The notes below the pieces were generated by a model. That model was not told the origin of the DNA. It made no database searches and saw only the letters and a program-made list of their open reading frames with translations. A stretch of 64,000 nucleotides of DNA from Candidatus Latescibacterota bacterium (GTDB lineage Bacteria; Latescibacterota; UBA2968). Position numbers and translations under genes: made by a program. The stretch spans positions 4,704,001 to 4,768,000 of the forward strand of contig OZ220741.1 of assembly GCA_965116885.1 (NCBI GenBank), given 5' to 3'. Below are positions 1-9,991 of the stretch, in pieces; the stretch's first letter is position 1, and each line of letters starts with the position of its first letter.

Positions 1-912
1 AGCCAGCGGATCGGGATCGAGCGCGACAATTGCGTGCAGCGCCCACACCTCTCCCCCGCGATGTGGACATACCTCTGTATTGTACTCCTTCGCCAACGCG
101 TAAATTTTCACCAACTCTGTCAATCCCCCGCACCAACACACATCCGGTTGATAAATAGCGTGTAATCCCCTCTGCATCAGCGCCTCAAATCCACGCGCCG
201 TATATTCGTGCTCGCCACTCGCAATGGGAATGGGACTCTCGCGCATCAACCGTTCATAGCCGTCAAAATCCTCTGGCAAAAGCGGCTCTTCCAACCAGTC
301 CAAATTGAACTCAGCCAACCGATCCGCAACGCGCAACGTGCCCTCCACATCCCACGACATTGACGCATCGCACATCAACTGAATATCGTCACCTACGGCT
401 GCTCGTGCATCCGCAAAAAAATCGGCTATGGCATCCAATTCACTGTGGGGATCCATCCCGCCAACGCCAAATTTTAAAGCCTTATACCCCAGCGCGAGTG
501 CGCCCTCAAGACCATCCCGAGACCACCCCGTGCGATACGACGGCACCGCCATCCGAGTGCCCCCCAGCACTTCGACAAGTGGTTTATTCGCCCGCTTGCC
601 CCGCAAATCCCACAATGCCAAATCCACACCACTAATCGCCATCATCGCAATGCCTTTGCGTCCATAAGCCGCGGTATGGCGATACATCGCATCCCACAAC
701 CCCTCGACATCCTCGGCATTTGCGCCAATCAAGACCTCGCGCAACACCGTCTGAACCACGTGAATACCCGCCGGGCCGCCTCCACCAACACCGTATCCCG
801 ACAACCCATCATCCGTATCAATACGAACGAGAATCTGTCCAATCGTTCCGCGCCAACCAGCGGGTGCGCGATCCGCATCGGGCTGCACTGCGCGAACATG
901 TGTAATGATCAT
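1..912 (-). CDS. Mandelate racemase/muconate-lactonizing enzyme (enolase superfamily), RhmD-like acid-sugar dehydratase; runs off the window's left edge
   Basis: Not in the ORF track. Read by hand from ATG at 912 (AGGAG upstream): MIITHVRAVQ...ILVRIDTDDGLSGYG...LWDAMYRHTAAYGRKGIAMMAISGVDLALWDLRGK, the MR/MLE N-terminal signature. Confidence 0.85.
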   Translation of the reverse strand, partial: MIITHVRAVQPDADRAPAGWRGTIGQILVRIDTDDGLSGYGVGGGGPAGIHVVQTVLREVLIGANAEDVEGLWDAMYRHTAAYGRKGIAMMAISGVDLALWDLRGKRANKPLVEVLGGTRMAVPSYRTGWSRDGLEGALALGYKALKFGVGGMDPHSELDAIADFFADARAAVGDDIQLMCDASMSWDVEGTLRVADRLAEFNLDWLEEPLLPEDFDGYERLMRESPIPIASGEHEYTARGFEALMQRGLHAIYQPDVCWCGGLTELVKIYALAKEYNTEVCPHRGGEVWALHAIVALDPDPLA

Positions 913-958
913 ATGCGATCTCCTATTTGAAATGAAAAAATAATTGCCATTCTGCTTC

Positions 959-987
959 TTGATATGAGACCCGGTTCTGGGTATATT
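959..987 (+). promoter_or_regulatory. Candidate sigma70 promoter for the 1029 gene
   Basis: TTGATA-17 nt-TATATT. Confidence 0.4.
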
Positions 988-1028
988 TATCACAAAGGAC
1001 TTACCCGCCAAATTCCCGGAGAAATATA

Positions 1029-1769
1029 ATGGACAAAACAATCAGACGCACGCCTGATGGCAAGCCCGAAAGACGCACACCCGATGAAATGCTGCGCGAT
1101 GCCGTGTCAGGCGATACCGATATCCCCGGCAAAGGCGAGCCGCTCGACTTAAAAGCGTATTTTCGCCCCGATGCGGAACATCGCATGGCGGGCAAAATCC
1201 TGCGTGACAACAACGTGCTTCCCGCACACCTCCAGGAGCGCAAAGACGCAGAAGAATACCTCCAAAAAGCTGAAGAGCACCTGCAACGCGCAACCGAAAA
1301 AATCGCGCCATTACAAAAAGCAATTCGCCCCCTCGCGCAAACGCTCATCCGCACATTTTCCGACGACAAAGAGATGTGCGAAGCACTCGGCTTGAATGCA
1401 CTACCAGAAAATTTTCAGCCCAATTCGGAAACACCGCCCGCGTCTGATCTTCTTGAGACCATCAGCACCTTTGACCAATTGTGCAAACAATACAATGCGC
1501 GGGTGCGCGATCTGACATACCGCTACCTCGAAAACCTGCGCCTCGCGCACGAAAATATCGAAGCCAGCAAAAAGCGACAACTCGTCAACCGCTCGCTTTT
1601 GCCAGCTTATGCGCCCATTGTCAAAGTCGATATCGAAGCACAGAAAGAATATATACAAACGCGTTTCCCCCTCCTGCCCGAACGCCCACGCGACTGGCAA
1701 TCGCGTCTCAAAACATGGCAACGCTCTCAAAAGCCATCCCTCTGGCATCGCATGTTCAGATCTGTCTGA
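1029..1769 (+). CDS. DUF1992 (DnaJ-C28-like domain) protein with coiled-coil tail
   Basis: DIPGKGEPLDL...MAGKILRDNNVLPAHLQ matches the DUF1992 pattern. Confidence 0.7.
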   Translation: MDKTIRRTPDGKPERRTPDEMLRDAVSGDTDIPGKGEPLDLKAYFRPDAEHRMAGKILRDNNVLPAHLQERKDAEEYLQKAEEHLQRATEKIAPLQKAIRPLAQTLIRTFSDDKEMCEALGLNALPENFQPNSETPPASDLLETISTFDQLCKQYNARVRDLTYRYLENLRLAHENIEASKKRQLVNRSLLPAYAPIVKVDIEAQKEYIQTRFPLLPERPRDWQSRLKTWQRSQKPSLWHRMFRSV

Positions 1770-1781
1770 CCTTCTTTTTTT

Positions 1782-1810
1782 ATCTGTGTACATCTGCGTT
1801 CATCTGCGGA
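1782..1810. repeat. 10-nt tandem micro-repeat (ATCTGYGTWC x3)
   Basis: atctgtgtac-atctgcgttc-atctgcgga; related copies at 33291-33306 and 34951-34967. Confidence 0.75.
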
Positions 1811-1897
1811 TACCACTCCTATCTTGTCTTGACGCATTTGCCAAATTCTTGTAATTTATAAGTAAGTAAACACTTTCTTTTTATCAGGAGTTGATCT

Positions 1898-4195
1898 GTG
1901 GCAAACGCTTCCGAGATAAATCTTCTGGAAATCCCTCCGCAGCACATTTTAGATGGCCTTATCCCATCGCACGAAACGGTCCAATTATCGGCCAGTACCG
2001 ACATTTGTCTCGATGGCACGTATGGCATCGCTTATCTCCTCGCCACAGACAAACACTTGTTCGCAATCAGCCCCAACGGCAATTCCACGCCACACACAGA
2101 GCGCATCCCACTTTCCGAAATTACCAATCTCGAAGTCAAAGACCTGTTTGGCAACAGCTTACTCAAAGTCCGCACCGCAACCACAGGCGCCACATTCGCG
2201 CGATTTACCAAAGGCCATAACCAGAAATTCAATCGGATAACGCACCGACTTGAGGCTCTTGTAAAAGACGCGCGCAAAACCGAAGACAAAATCGCCAAAG
2301 GCCAACTTGGACGCGCGATTTCGGGCAGGCGGTGTGACGTGTGCGGCACAATCATATCGCGCAGGGTGGGAGTCTGCACCAACTGTCTCGACACCCGCAA
2401 ACTGCTGTATCGCTTGCTCGCCTATGCGCGTCCCTTCTGGAAACTCGGAACTCTGAGCCTTGCCCTGCTCCTCACCTCGACCTTTATTAGCCTTACCCCA
2501 CCGCTTTTGATGCGCGACCTCATCGATGGTGTACTCGCACCTTCTGCAGATTATGAAACGACCTTCTTCCGCGACATCACAAACAGCATATTTGGGATAC
2601 CAACCGGATACGAAATCCTCTATTTCCTCGTGGGCCTGCTCCTGCTGATCAACCTCTCGCAATCGGGCCTTCGCGCCATACGCTCGTATATCCTATCCGT
2701 TCTTGGACAAAAAATCACCTATAACCTCAGAAATGAGGTCTATCAGCACCTCCACCGCCATTCTCTCAGCTTCTACAACGAACGCGAAACCGGCACCATT
2801 ATGGCCAGCATCACCCAGGATGTGGGGCGCCTGCAAGATTTTATCAGCGATGGCCTGCAAGAAATCATCCGCGACATCGTCACCATTGCCTTTATATGCA
2901 TCATTCTCTTTACACTTAATGTCAAACTCGCCACCCTCGTTTTAATCCCCACGCCCTTTCTGATTATTGCAACCCTCAAATTTGGTCACCGCCTGCATCG
3001 TACCTATCGCGGTCTGTTTCGGCGTTGGGCTGCCATCAGTGCCCTCCTTGCCGACACCATCCCCGGCGTGCGCGTGGTCAAAGCCTTCGCACAGGAAAAC
3101 CGCGAAGTGGGTAAATTTCAGACGCGCAGCGAAGACCTCCTCAAGGGTGAAATCAAAATTGCGGGCATTCGCAGCATCTTCAGCCCCGTCATGGCTTTTA
3201 TTACATCTATCGGAACACTGATTATATGGCTCGTGGGGGGATCCTCTGTTCTCGACGGCGCATTGACCCTGGGCAACTTTGTGGCATTTACGCAGTACAT
3301 GTGGCGTTTTTATGGCCCGGTTGAAAGTCTCTGCCGCCTCAACCACCGCTTCCAAAGAGCCGCGTCTTCTGCCGAACGCGTCTTTGAAGTGCTCGACACA
3401 CAGCCCGACGTAACCGACAGGCGCAGCGCTTACCCAATGCCCGCCATTGAAGGACGCATCCAATTTGACGACGTGACATTTTCTTACGAACCCGGCAAAC
3501 CCGTTCTCAAAAACCTCAATTTTACCGTTGAACCCGGCGAAATGATCGGCCTTGCCGGACATTCTGGCGCGGGCAAAAGTACCTTGATCAACCTGATTTG
3601 CAGATTTTACGATATCGAAGAAGGCGCGATATTAATCGACGGACGCGATATCCGCAATGTCACCCTCAAATCCCTCCGCGATCAGATCGGCGTCGTTCTG
3701 CAAGACCCCTTTCTCTTCAATGGACCCATAGCCGAAAATATCGCATACGGCAACCCCGATGCGTCACTCGATGAAATCGTCGCAGCCGCCAAAACAGCCA
3801 ATGCTCACGAATTTATCCTCCGCCTGCCCGATAGCTACGACACACCCGTAGGCGAACGCGGCGTTCGGCTCTCCGGTGGCGAAAGGCAACGCATCTCTAT
3901 TGCGCGCGCGATCCTGCGAAACCCGCGCATTCTAATTCTCGATGAAGCCACCTCCAGCATGGATACCGAGACAGAATCGCAGATCCAGGAAGCCCTTTAC
4001 AGACTCGTGCAAGGGCGCACGACCTTTGCCATTGCCCATCGCCTTTCCACGCTCAAACACGCAGACCGCCTCTTTATCATCGACAAAGGCGAACTCGCCG
4101 AGATGGGATCACACACCGAACTCATCGCCTATGATGGTATTTACGCGCGTCTTTGCCGTATGCAAACCGAACTGTCCAAACTTCGCGCGTGGTAG
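1898..4195 (+). CDS. ABC exporter (fused TMD + NBD) with N-terminal extension carrying CxxC-x10-CxxC
   Basis: Walker A GHSGAGKST, signature LSGGERQR, Walker B ILILDEATSS, H-loop IAHRLST, 6-TM domain; GTG start after AGGAG. Confidence 0.93.
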   Translation: MANASEINLLEIPPQHILDGLIPSHETVQLSASTDICLDGTYGIAYLLATDKHLFAISPNGNSTPHTERIPLSEITNLEVKDLFGNSLLKVRTATTGATFARFTKGHNQKFNRITHRLEALVKDARKTEDKIAKGQLGRAISGRRCDVCGTIISRRVGVCTNCLDTRKLLYRLLAYARPFWKLGTLSLALLLTSTFISLTPPLLMRDLIDGVLAPSADYETTFFRDITNSIFGIPTGYEILYFLVGLLLLINLSQSGLRAIRSYILSVLGQKITYNLRNEVYQHLHRHSLSFYNERETGTIMASITQDVGRLQDFISDGLQEIIRDIVTIAFICIILFTLNVKLATLVLIPTPFLIIATLKFGHRLHRTYRGLFRRWAAISALLADTIPGVRVVKAFAQENREVGKFQTRSEDLLKGEIKIAGIRSIFSPVMAFITSIGTLIIWLVGGSSVLDGALTLGNFVAFTQYMWRFYGPVESLCRLNHRFQRAASSAERVFEVLDTQPDVTDRRSAYPMPAIEGRIQFDDVTFSYEPGKPVLKNLNFTVEPGEMIGLAGHSGAGKSTLINLICRFYDIEEGAILIDGRDIRNVTLKSLRDQIGVVLQDPFLFNGPIAENIAYGNPDASLDEIVAAAKTANAHEFILRLPDSYDTPVGERGVRLSGGERQRISIARAILRNPRILILDEATSSMDTETESQIQEALYRLVQGRTTFAIAHRLSTLKHADRLFIIDKGELAEMGSHTELIAYDGIYARLCRMQTELSKLRAW

Positions 4196-4212
4196 CGAAT
4201 AAAGGTATATCA

Positions 4213-4722
4213 ATGTCTTCACTCCCCGACTTGACCGGCGACCTCTCCCTTCTTTCGCCCCGCGACATTCGCCTGTATCTCGACGATTTTGACGATCTCA
4301 CACTCGACCTGCGCGGTGAAATCCACGAGCGGATTGGCGTACTGCGCGCTTTTCCCCTCAACGCGTCCACAAAATTCATCGTGCTCCGCGATTCAGACGG
4401 CGATGAAATAGGCATAGTACGCGACATGGTCGATCTCGACCCAGACAGCCGAGATGCATTGGAAATAGCACTCGAACAGGCATATTTTATGCCGCGTATT
4501 CTAAAAATAAATAGCATTGTTTCCAATTTCCATGTCCCCACCTGGGATGTGGAAACAGATCGCGGGCATCGCGTATTTGAAATCCCCAGTAGCAAGCGCG
4601 ACGTACGCGTAATTGACGATGTGCGCGTGATCCTGCGAGACGCCGATGGCAACCGCTACGAGATCGTCGATTACCGTCGCCTCGATCCCGAGAGCATTGT
4701 ATTTGTGGAAACCATTGTTTAA
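4213..4722 (+). CDS. DUF1854 domain protein
   Basis: RAFPL...DGDEIG...YFMPRI...WDVETDRG...DADGNRYEI pattern; usual partner downstream of this ABC subfamily; start taken at ATG 4213. Confidence 0.8.
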   Translation: MSSLPDLTGDLSLLSPRDIRLYLDDFDDLTLDLRGEIHERIGVLRAFPLNASTKFIVLRDSDGDEIGIVRDMVDLDPDSRDALEIALEQAYFMPRILKINSIVSNFHVPTWDVETDRGHRVFEIPSSKRDVRVIDDVRVILRDADGNRYEIVDYRRLDPESIVFVETIV

Positions 4723-4811
4723 AACCTCCATTGGGGGAACAATCGCACTACTATCTTCGTCAAAGCCAAAATGGATTGACGCGCCTATTGTATTCGCAGG
4801 AAGGAGGAGCC

Positions 4812-7800
4812 ATGAAACTCAGTGAATTTGCCATTAATAAACCCATTAGCACCATTATGGTTGCAATTAGTATTATGGTGATGGGCTTTATTTCGGTATT
4901 CAAATTGCCACTCGAATACCTGCCCAGCCTGACATTCCCGCGCATCTTTGTTTCCGTGAATTATCCCTCCTCTTCTCCGGAAGAAATTGAACGGTTCATC
5001 ACGCGCCCCATTGAGGAAATCCTCGGCACCTTATCTGGCGTTGAAAGCATCAGTTCCTCATCCAGCGGATCGAGTGCGCGCGTCGGCATGGAATTTGCAA
5101 TGGATGCCGATATGGATATCGTCGGCGTTCACATCCGCGACCGCCTCGATCAAGTTCGCGCCGACTTACCCGCCGATGTCGATCGCATCGATATTCGCAG
5201 CTTTGACACCGAAGACTTTCCCGTTCTCGAATACTCTCTCACATGGCTTGGTGAAAACAACCAGGAACTCGTCAATGTATTCAACCAAACGATCTTGCCC
5301 AGAGTGCAGCGTCTCGAAGGCGTCGCCAATGTCGTGCTCGAAGGCTTGAGGGAAAAAGATCTCCTCATCGAAGTCGATCAAAAAGCCATGACAGCCTATA
5401 AGATGGACTTCCGCACCATCAATCGCGCTCTGAACAGCAACAATATCAATGTCTCTGCGGGATATGTCACCGAAGGCGACAAACGCCTCGCCGTGCGTAG
5501 CATGGGCGAATTTGAAACCGTTGATCAAATTCGCGATCTGCCCATTCGCCCCAATCTCACTCTCGACGATGTTGCCGATGTCACATACGATTATCCCGAA
5601 TCCCGCAGCTTTGAACGCCTTGACGGGCGTCCTTCGCTAAACCTTGAAGTCCAGAAAGCCTCAACGGCCAACATGGTCGATGTCTGCAAACTCGTCCGCA
5701 ATGAACTCGCCCTCATCCACGAAGAAGTCGGCAAAGACAAGCTCCGAATGCACATCGTGCGCGACCGATCCATCGACGTGACAAATAGCATCGCCAGTCT
5801 TAGCCAATCAGCTATTCTGGGTGGTCTTCTGGCCGTCATAGCCATCTTTATTTTTCTTCGCAATTTCCGCAGCACGCTCATCATAGGCTCTGCTATCCCC
5901 ATCAGCGTGCTCACCGTGTTCCTGATCATGTATTTCATGCGCCAATCCGGATCGAACATCACCCTCAATCTCATTTCCATGATGGGTCTAATGGTCGCCA
6001 TCGGCATGCTCGTCGATCCCGCTGTCGTGGCCCTTGAAAATATCTTTCGCAAACGGTTTGAAGAAGGGCAAGATGCCAGACATGCCGCGCTTGAGGGCAG
6101 CGATGAAATCGGGCTTCCCGTCCTCGCTGCATCGCTCACGACCATCTGCGTATTTATCCCGGTCATTTTTGTCACCGATTCGCGCACCTCGCTCTTCATG
6201 CGCGACTTTGCCGTTACCGTGATCATATCCGTTATTGCCTCATTTAGTATTGCGCTCTCACTTATTCCGCTGGCAGCCTCTCGCGCATTCAAACACGATG
6301 GGCAACTCCTCGATCGCATTCTCAAGAGCATCGTCGGCCTTGTAGCCGCACTTGGCCTGGGTACCCTTATTTATTACACGGACTTCAGCAAAATTGATTA
6401 TGCGGGTCTTTGGGCAAATGCCAATAGGACCATCAGTGCGCTACCGTTATTTGCCAAAATTGGTTTTCCCGGCGTCATTGCACTGGTCATCTTTCTCTAT
6501 TTTCGCTACCGCGCAATCGGTCCCAAAGCCCTCTATGCCAAATTGGTATCTTCTACGCTTCACTACCGCTGGGCAACCCTCTCCCTGGCTGTTGTTCTTC
6601 TTTTTGCCGGCAACTACATCTACGGCAAAGTAGAGCAACAACCCTTCCGCTATCAGCCCAGTCGCGCCGTAAGACTCACCATTGAAATGCCCCGCAGCTA
6701 CGATGTGGATCAAGCGCGTGAGATCTTCAAAATTGCCGAAGACCTGCTCATCCCCTTAAAAAACGAACTCGACATCGAAGCCATTGGCAGCCGATACAGC
6801 GGTCGGCGAGGCACCCGTCTAACCCTTTATCTCACACCAGCAGACGAGGGCAAACTCACCACAGATGAAGTTCAACGCAAAGTTATGGCCCTCCTTCCCA
6901 AAGACATTCCGGGCGTGCGTTTCAAATCTGGCGGGGGTCGCGGGAGTTCTGCCGTGGGGGCTGGCGTTCAACTCAAAGGGCGCAGCCAGGAAACACTGGC
7001 CATTTTGGCCGAAGACATTGAAACCAGCATGCAGGGGATGCCCGGTGTGCACGAAATACAGACCAGCCTCGAAAGTGGAACCGAGGAAATTCGCGTCACA
7101 GTTAATCGAGAACGCGCACAGCGCTACGGCCTCTCGCCGCGCGATATTGCAACCACCATCGCCTCTGCACTCGGCTCGCGCGGTGGCTCCAATTTCAAAA
7201 CCCCAGATGGTGAAATCGACATCACAGTGCTGCTGCGAGAAGAAGACCGCGCCACCCTCGAACAACTCAAAACAACGGAATTTGAAAGCGACAACGGCGG
7301 CATGGTCACCTTCTCCAGCCTGGCGAATTTCGACCTGACAACGGGCACCAACACGATTCGACGCGAAGACCGCATGTCAACCGTAACCGTTTTTGCCAAC
7401 ACAGACCAGCAGGCGGTATTTCGCGTGGGCCAGATCATGAAAATGCGCATGGAAGGCGTGCCCCTGCCCAAGGGATACACCTATGAAATGGACCGCCGCT
7501 TCAGATATATGAATGCAGAACAGAATCAGGACTATGAAACCTTGATCCTCGCACTTATTCTCATTTACATCATCATGGCCTCGCTCTTTGAATCCTATGT
7601 CCATCCGCTCACCATTATGTTCTGCATCTTCTTCGCATTCATCGGCGTCGCACTCGGTCTCTACACCTTCAAAATCGCCATGGATAGCAATGCCAAATAC
7701 GGCCTTCTCGTGCTGTTTGGTATCGTGGTCAACAACGGTATTGTCCTGGTCGATCACATTAACAGATACCGAAAACAGGGGCTTGTTCGCCGCGATGCCA

Positions 7801-8066
7801 TTATCCGCGGTGGGCAAGACCGCTTGCGTCCGATTATGATGACCGCCACCACCACCATCATCGGTCTGATGCCGTTGGTACTACCGATGCTCTTTGGCAA
7901 TGCCGAAGGTACTTCAAGACGCTGGGGACCAATTGGTCTGGTAGTTATTTCCGGGCTATCTATCTCAACAATCCTGACCCTCGTCCTCTTGCCCACAGTC
8001 TATTCCCTCATGGATGACCTCTCCCAATTTGCCAAGCGCGTCACAGCCGTAGCGCGCGCGCAATAG
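4812..8066 (+). CDS. RND efflux permease (AcrB/AcrD/AcrF family)
   Basis: YPSSSPEEIERFITRPIEE, GMLVDPAVVALENI, GIVVNNGIVLVD, RLRPIMMT; RBS AGGAGG before ATG 4812. Confidence 0.93.
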   Translation: MKLSEFAINKPISTIMVAISIMVMGFISVFKLPLEYLPSLTFPRIFVSVNYPSSSPEEIERFITRPIEEILGTLSGVESISSSSSGSSARVGMEFAMDADMDIVGVHIRDRLDQVRADLPADVDRIDIRSFDTEDFPVLEYSLTWLGENNQELVNVFNQTILPRVQRLEGVANVVLEGLREKDLLIEVDQKAMTAYKMDFRTINRALNSNNINVSAGYVTEGDKRLAVRSMGEFETVDQIRDLPIRPNLTLDDVADVTYDYPESRSFERLDGRPSLNLEVQKASTANMVDVCKLVRNELALIHEEVGKDKLRMHIVRDRSIDVTNSIASLSQSAILGGLLAVIAIFIFLRNFRSTLIIGSAIPISVLTVFLIMYFMRQSGSNITLNLISMMGLMVAIGMLVDPAVVALENIFRKRFEEGQDARHAALEGSDEIGLPVLAASLTTICVFIPVIFVTDSRTSLFMRDFAVTVIISVIASFSIALSLIPLAASRAFKHDGQLLDRILKSIVGLVAALGLGTLIYYTDFSKIDYAGLWANANRTISALPLFAKIGFPGVIALVIFLYFRYRAIGPKALYAKLVSSTLHYRWATLSLAVVLLFAGNYIYGKVEQQPFRYQPSRAVRLTIEMPRSYDVDQAREIFKIAEDLLIPLKNELDIEAIGSRYSGRRGTRLTLYLTPADEGKLTTDEVQRKVMALLPKDIPGVRFKSGGGRGSSAVGAGVQLKGRSQETLAILAEDIETSMQGMPGVHEIQTSLESGTEEIRVTVNRERAQRYGLSPRDIATTIASALGSRGGSNFKTPDGEIDITVLLREEDRATLEQLKTTEFESDNGGMVTFSSLANFDLTTGTNTIRREDRMSTVTVFANTDQQAVFRVGQIMKMRMEGVPLPKGYTYEMDRRFRYMNAEQNQDYETLILALILIYIIMASLFESYVHPLTIMFCIFFAFIGVALGLYTFKIAMDSNAKYGLLVLFGIVVNNGIVLVDHINRYRKQGLVRRDAIIRGGQDRLRPIMMTATTTIIGLMPLVLPMLFGNAEGTSRRWGPIGLVVISGLSISTILTLVLLPTVYSLMDDLSQFAKRVTAVARAQ

Positions 8067-8068
8067 CA

Positions 8069-8159
8069 AAAAACCCCAAGCCGTCGGCAAACCTTACCGA
8101 TCACTTGGGGCTTTGCTTCTACCTAAAAAGGCACTACGCTTCCTCGCGCAGTGCCTTTT
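8069..8159. terminator. Two hairpins between convergent genes (likely bidirectional termination)
   Basis: ccccaag...cttgggg, and aaaaggcact-acgc-ttcctc-gcgc-agtgcctttt. Confidence 0.65.
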
Positions 8160-8547
8160 ATGTTTCATTTGATGATTCTTTCTCGGTCTGATCAACCTCT
8201 TGTATCTCACTGCCCGCATCGCAGTCAGCCTTAAAAACAGCACCATCTTCAACGATCAAGACGCCCGTTTGAATTTTCCCAATAAAAGTAGCTTGCGACT
8301 GCAAATGCACTTTATCTTCAGCCACCAGATTCCCCACAATACGTCCGCTAACGAATGCGTCGCGCACCTTTACATTGGCCTCAATAACACCCGACATTCC
8401 CACAATCAGAGTACCAGAGGACTCGAGTTCGCCTTTCAAGACCCCATCCACACGCACGCCAGCCTCAATTTGAAAATGACCTTCAGAAACTGCCCCACGC
8501 CCAATAATGGTATTCATGGTCTTGTCAAAATTTGTGTTGCGATCCAT
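8158..8547 (-). CDS. Bactofilin (polymer-forming cytoskeletal protein)
   Basis: TIIGRGAVSEG...VRVDGVLKG...G.IVGNL.AEDKVHL...LIVEDGAVFKADC; GGAG RBS before ATG 8547. Confidence 0.9.
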   Translation of the reverse strand: MDRNTNFDKTMNTIIGRGAVSEGHFQIEAGVRVDGVLKGELESSGTLIVGMSGVIEANVKVRDAFVSGRIVGNLVAEDKVHLQSQATFIGKIQTGVLIVEDGAVFKADCDAGSEIQEVDQTEKESSNET

Positions 8548-8582
8548 GGATCTCTCCTCCTGAAAATTTTCAACGGACACCT

Positions 8583-8660
8583 AATATAAATCCTATGCAC
8601 TTTGAGTCAATTTCTTTCTCGAACTTTCCGCTTGACAAGCATTTTAGACAGGCGTACTTT
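8583..8660. promoter_or_regulatory. Back-to-back sigma70-like promoters
   Basis: Plus strand: TTGACA (8632)-17-TACTTT. Minus strand: TTGACT (8610)-16-TATATT. Confidence 0.5.
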
Positions 8661-8695
8661 GCGAGCCGTTTTACAACCCAAACCGAGGAGAAACT

Positions 8696-9070
8696 GTGGC
8701 ATTCACAATTACCAAAACCGTTCGCCCAAACGCCGTTTGGCAAGAAATGTACCTCCAGATACAAAAAGACCAGCGCGTAATTATCACTGCAGAGGGCCTC
8801 TGGTCTCCCGAGATGCGTCCGCTTACAATTGTCTGGTGTGGCCCCGATGGCATTGAAGGGCGTCCCGCCAATGATCAATATCTCTTGCCCGGCACAAATG
8901 TGGGGGCACTCGTTGGGCGCATTGCCGACAGTCCCATTCTTTCGGTGGGCAATTATTTCGATTTTTATTCGCCCTACGAAGGCCCGCTATTTCTCGCCAT
9001 GAACGAAAATCCCGAATACCACAGCCAAGCCGGTTCCCTCCACGCTCAAATCATCTTGTTTGACCTGTGA
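8696..9070 (+). CDS. Small protein resembling the LecA/PA-IL beta-sandwich lectin fold
   Basis: A.G.W...GPDG...GALVGRI...VG...G.LFLAMNE...GSL pattern; GTG start after GAGGAG; no signal peptide. Confidence 0.55.
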   Translation: MAFTITKTVRPNAVWQEMYLQIQKDQRVIITAEGLWSPEMRPLTIVWCGPDGIEGRPANDQYLLPGTNVGALVGRIADSPILSVGNYFDFYSPYEGPLFLAMNENPEYHSQAGSLHAQIILFDL

Positions 9071-9849
9071 AACTAATCCGATTTTTTGCCCGAGAATACG
9101 CCCTTTCAGGGCTGTTTATCATCTTGCTGCTCGGCTTGTGGGAAATAGTCGTGCGAAGCCTCGACCTCGCCGCATTTATCCTCCCTCCACCCTCTCAAAT
9201 CCTGTCCAAATTTGTCGCATCCCATCGCCTCCTGCTCTCTCACGGTCTCGTCACACTCACCGAAGCCCTCGGCGGCTTTTTCACAGGCGCATCATCGGGA
9301 CTACTTTGCGCCATCGCAATGGCTCGCTCCCGCCTGATCGAACGGATGCTCTATCCACTGGTCATCTCCACGCAGACCTTTCCCAAAGAGGCACTGGCTC
9401 CTGTCTTTGTCATCTGGTTTGGATTTGGCCTTTTGCCCAAAGTGATTATTGCGGGCCTCATTTCTTTTTTTCCAGTTGTGATCAACACCACGCGCGGACT
9501 CTTATCCGTTGACAAATCCATCCTCGACTTAATGCGGTCGCTCTCGGCCAGCCAACGACAAATTTTTTTTAAAGTGCGCTTGCCCAATGCTATTCCCTAT
9601 CTTTTTGCCGCACTCAAAATGTGCATCACGCTCAGTGTGATTGGCGCTGTAGTAGGTGAATTTGTCGGCTCCAGTGCAGGTCTGGGCCACCTCATTCGAC
9701 TCGCCAATTCAGAACTCGCCACCGATTTGATGTTTGCCGCCCTGCTCGCTCTCGGCTGCATGGGCACGGGCCTGTTTTTGCTCGTTGATGGCCTCGAAAA
9801 AACAGCCCTGCGCCGCTGGGGCGGTGCCGTTGAAACCATAGGTCGATAA
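9067..9849 (+). CDS. ABC transporter permease (SsuC/TauC/ThiX family)
   Basis: ILPPPSQI, FFPVVINT, KVRLPNAIPYLF, GAVVGEFVGSSAGLG. Confidence 0.9.
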   Translation: MKLIRFFAREYALSGLFIILLLGLWEIVVRSLDLAAFILPPPSQILSKFVASHRLLLSHGLVTLTEALGGFFTGASSGLLCAIAMARSRLIERMLYPLVISTQTFPKEALAPVFVIWFGFGLLPKVIIAGLISFFPVVINTTRGLLSVDKSILDLMRSLSASQRQIFFKVRLPNAIPYLFAALKMCITLSVIGAVVGEFVGSSAGLGHLIRLANSELATDLMFAALLALGCMGTGLFLLVDGLEKTALRRWGGAVETIGR

Positions 9850-9851
9850 CA

Positions 9852-9966
9852 AATCTACGAATCAGCGAATCAACGGAGCGGTGTACAACTGCGCCAGCAG
9901 TTCATCAGCAACGGAGTTTGTAACAACTTGGGGTGGTAGAGCGGGGTTCGTCTATTCGTCTATTCG
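9852..9966. repeat. Composite intergenic repeat: inverted 7-mer tandems around a TGAAC..GTTGTACACC hairpin unit
   Basis: Reverse complement of 9874-9905 is ATGAAC-TGC-TGGC-GCA-GTTGTACACCGCTCCG; heptamers at 9852-9875 and 9947-9966. Confidence 0.75.
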
Positions 9967-9991
9967 CGCTTTACAAACAAGGAGTATTCCC

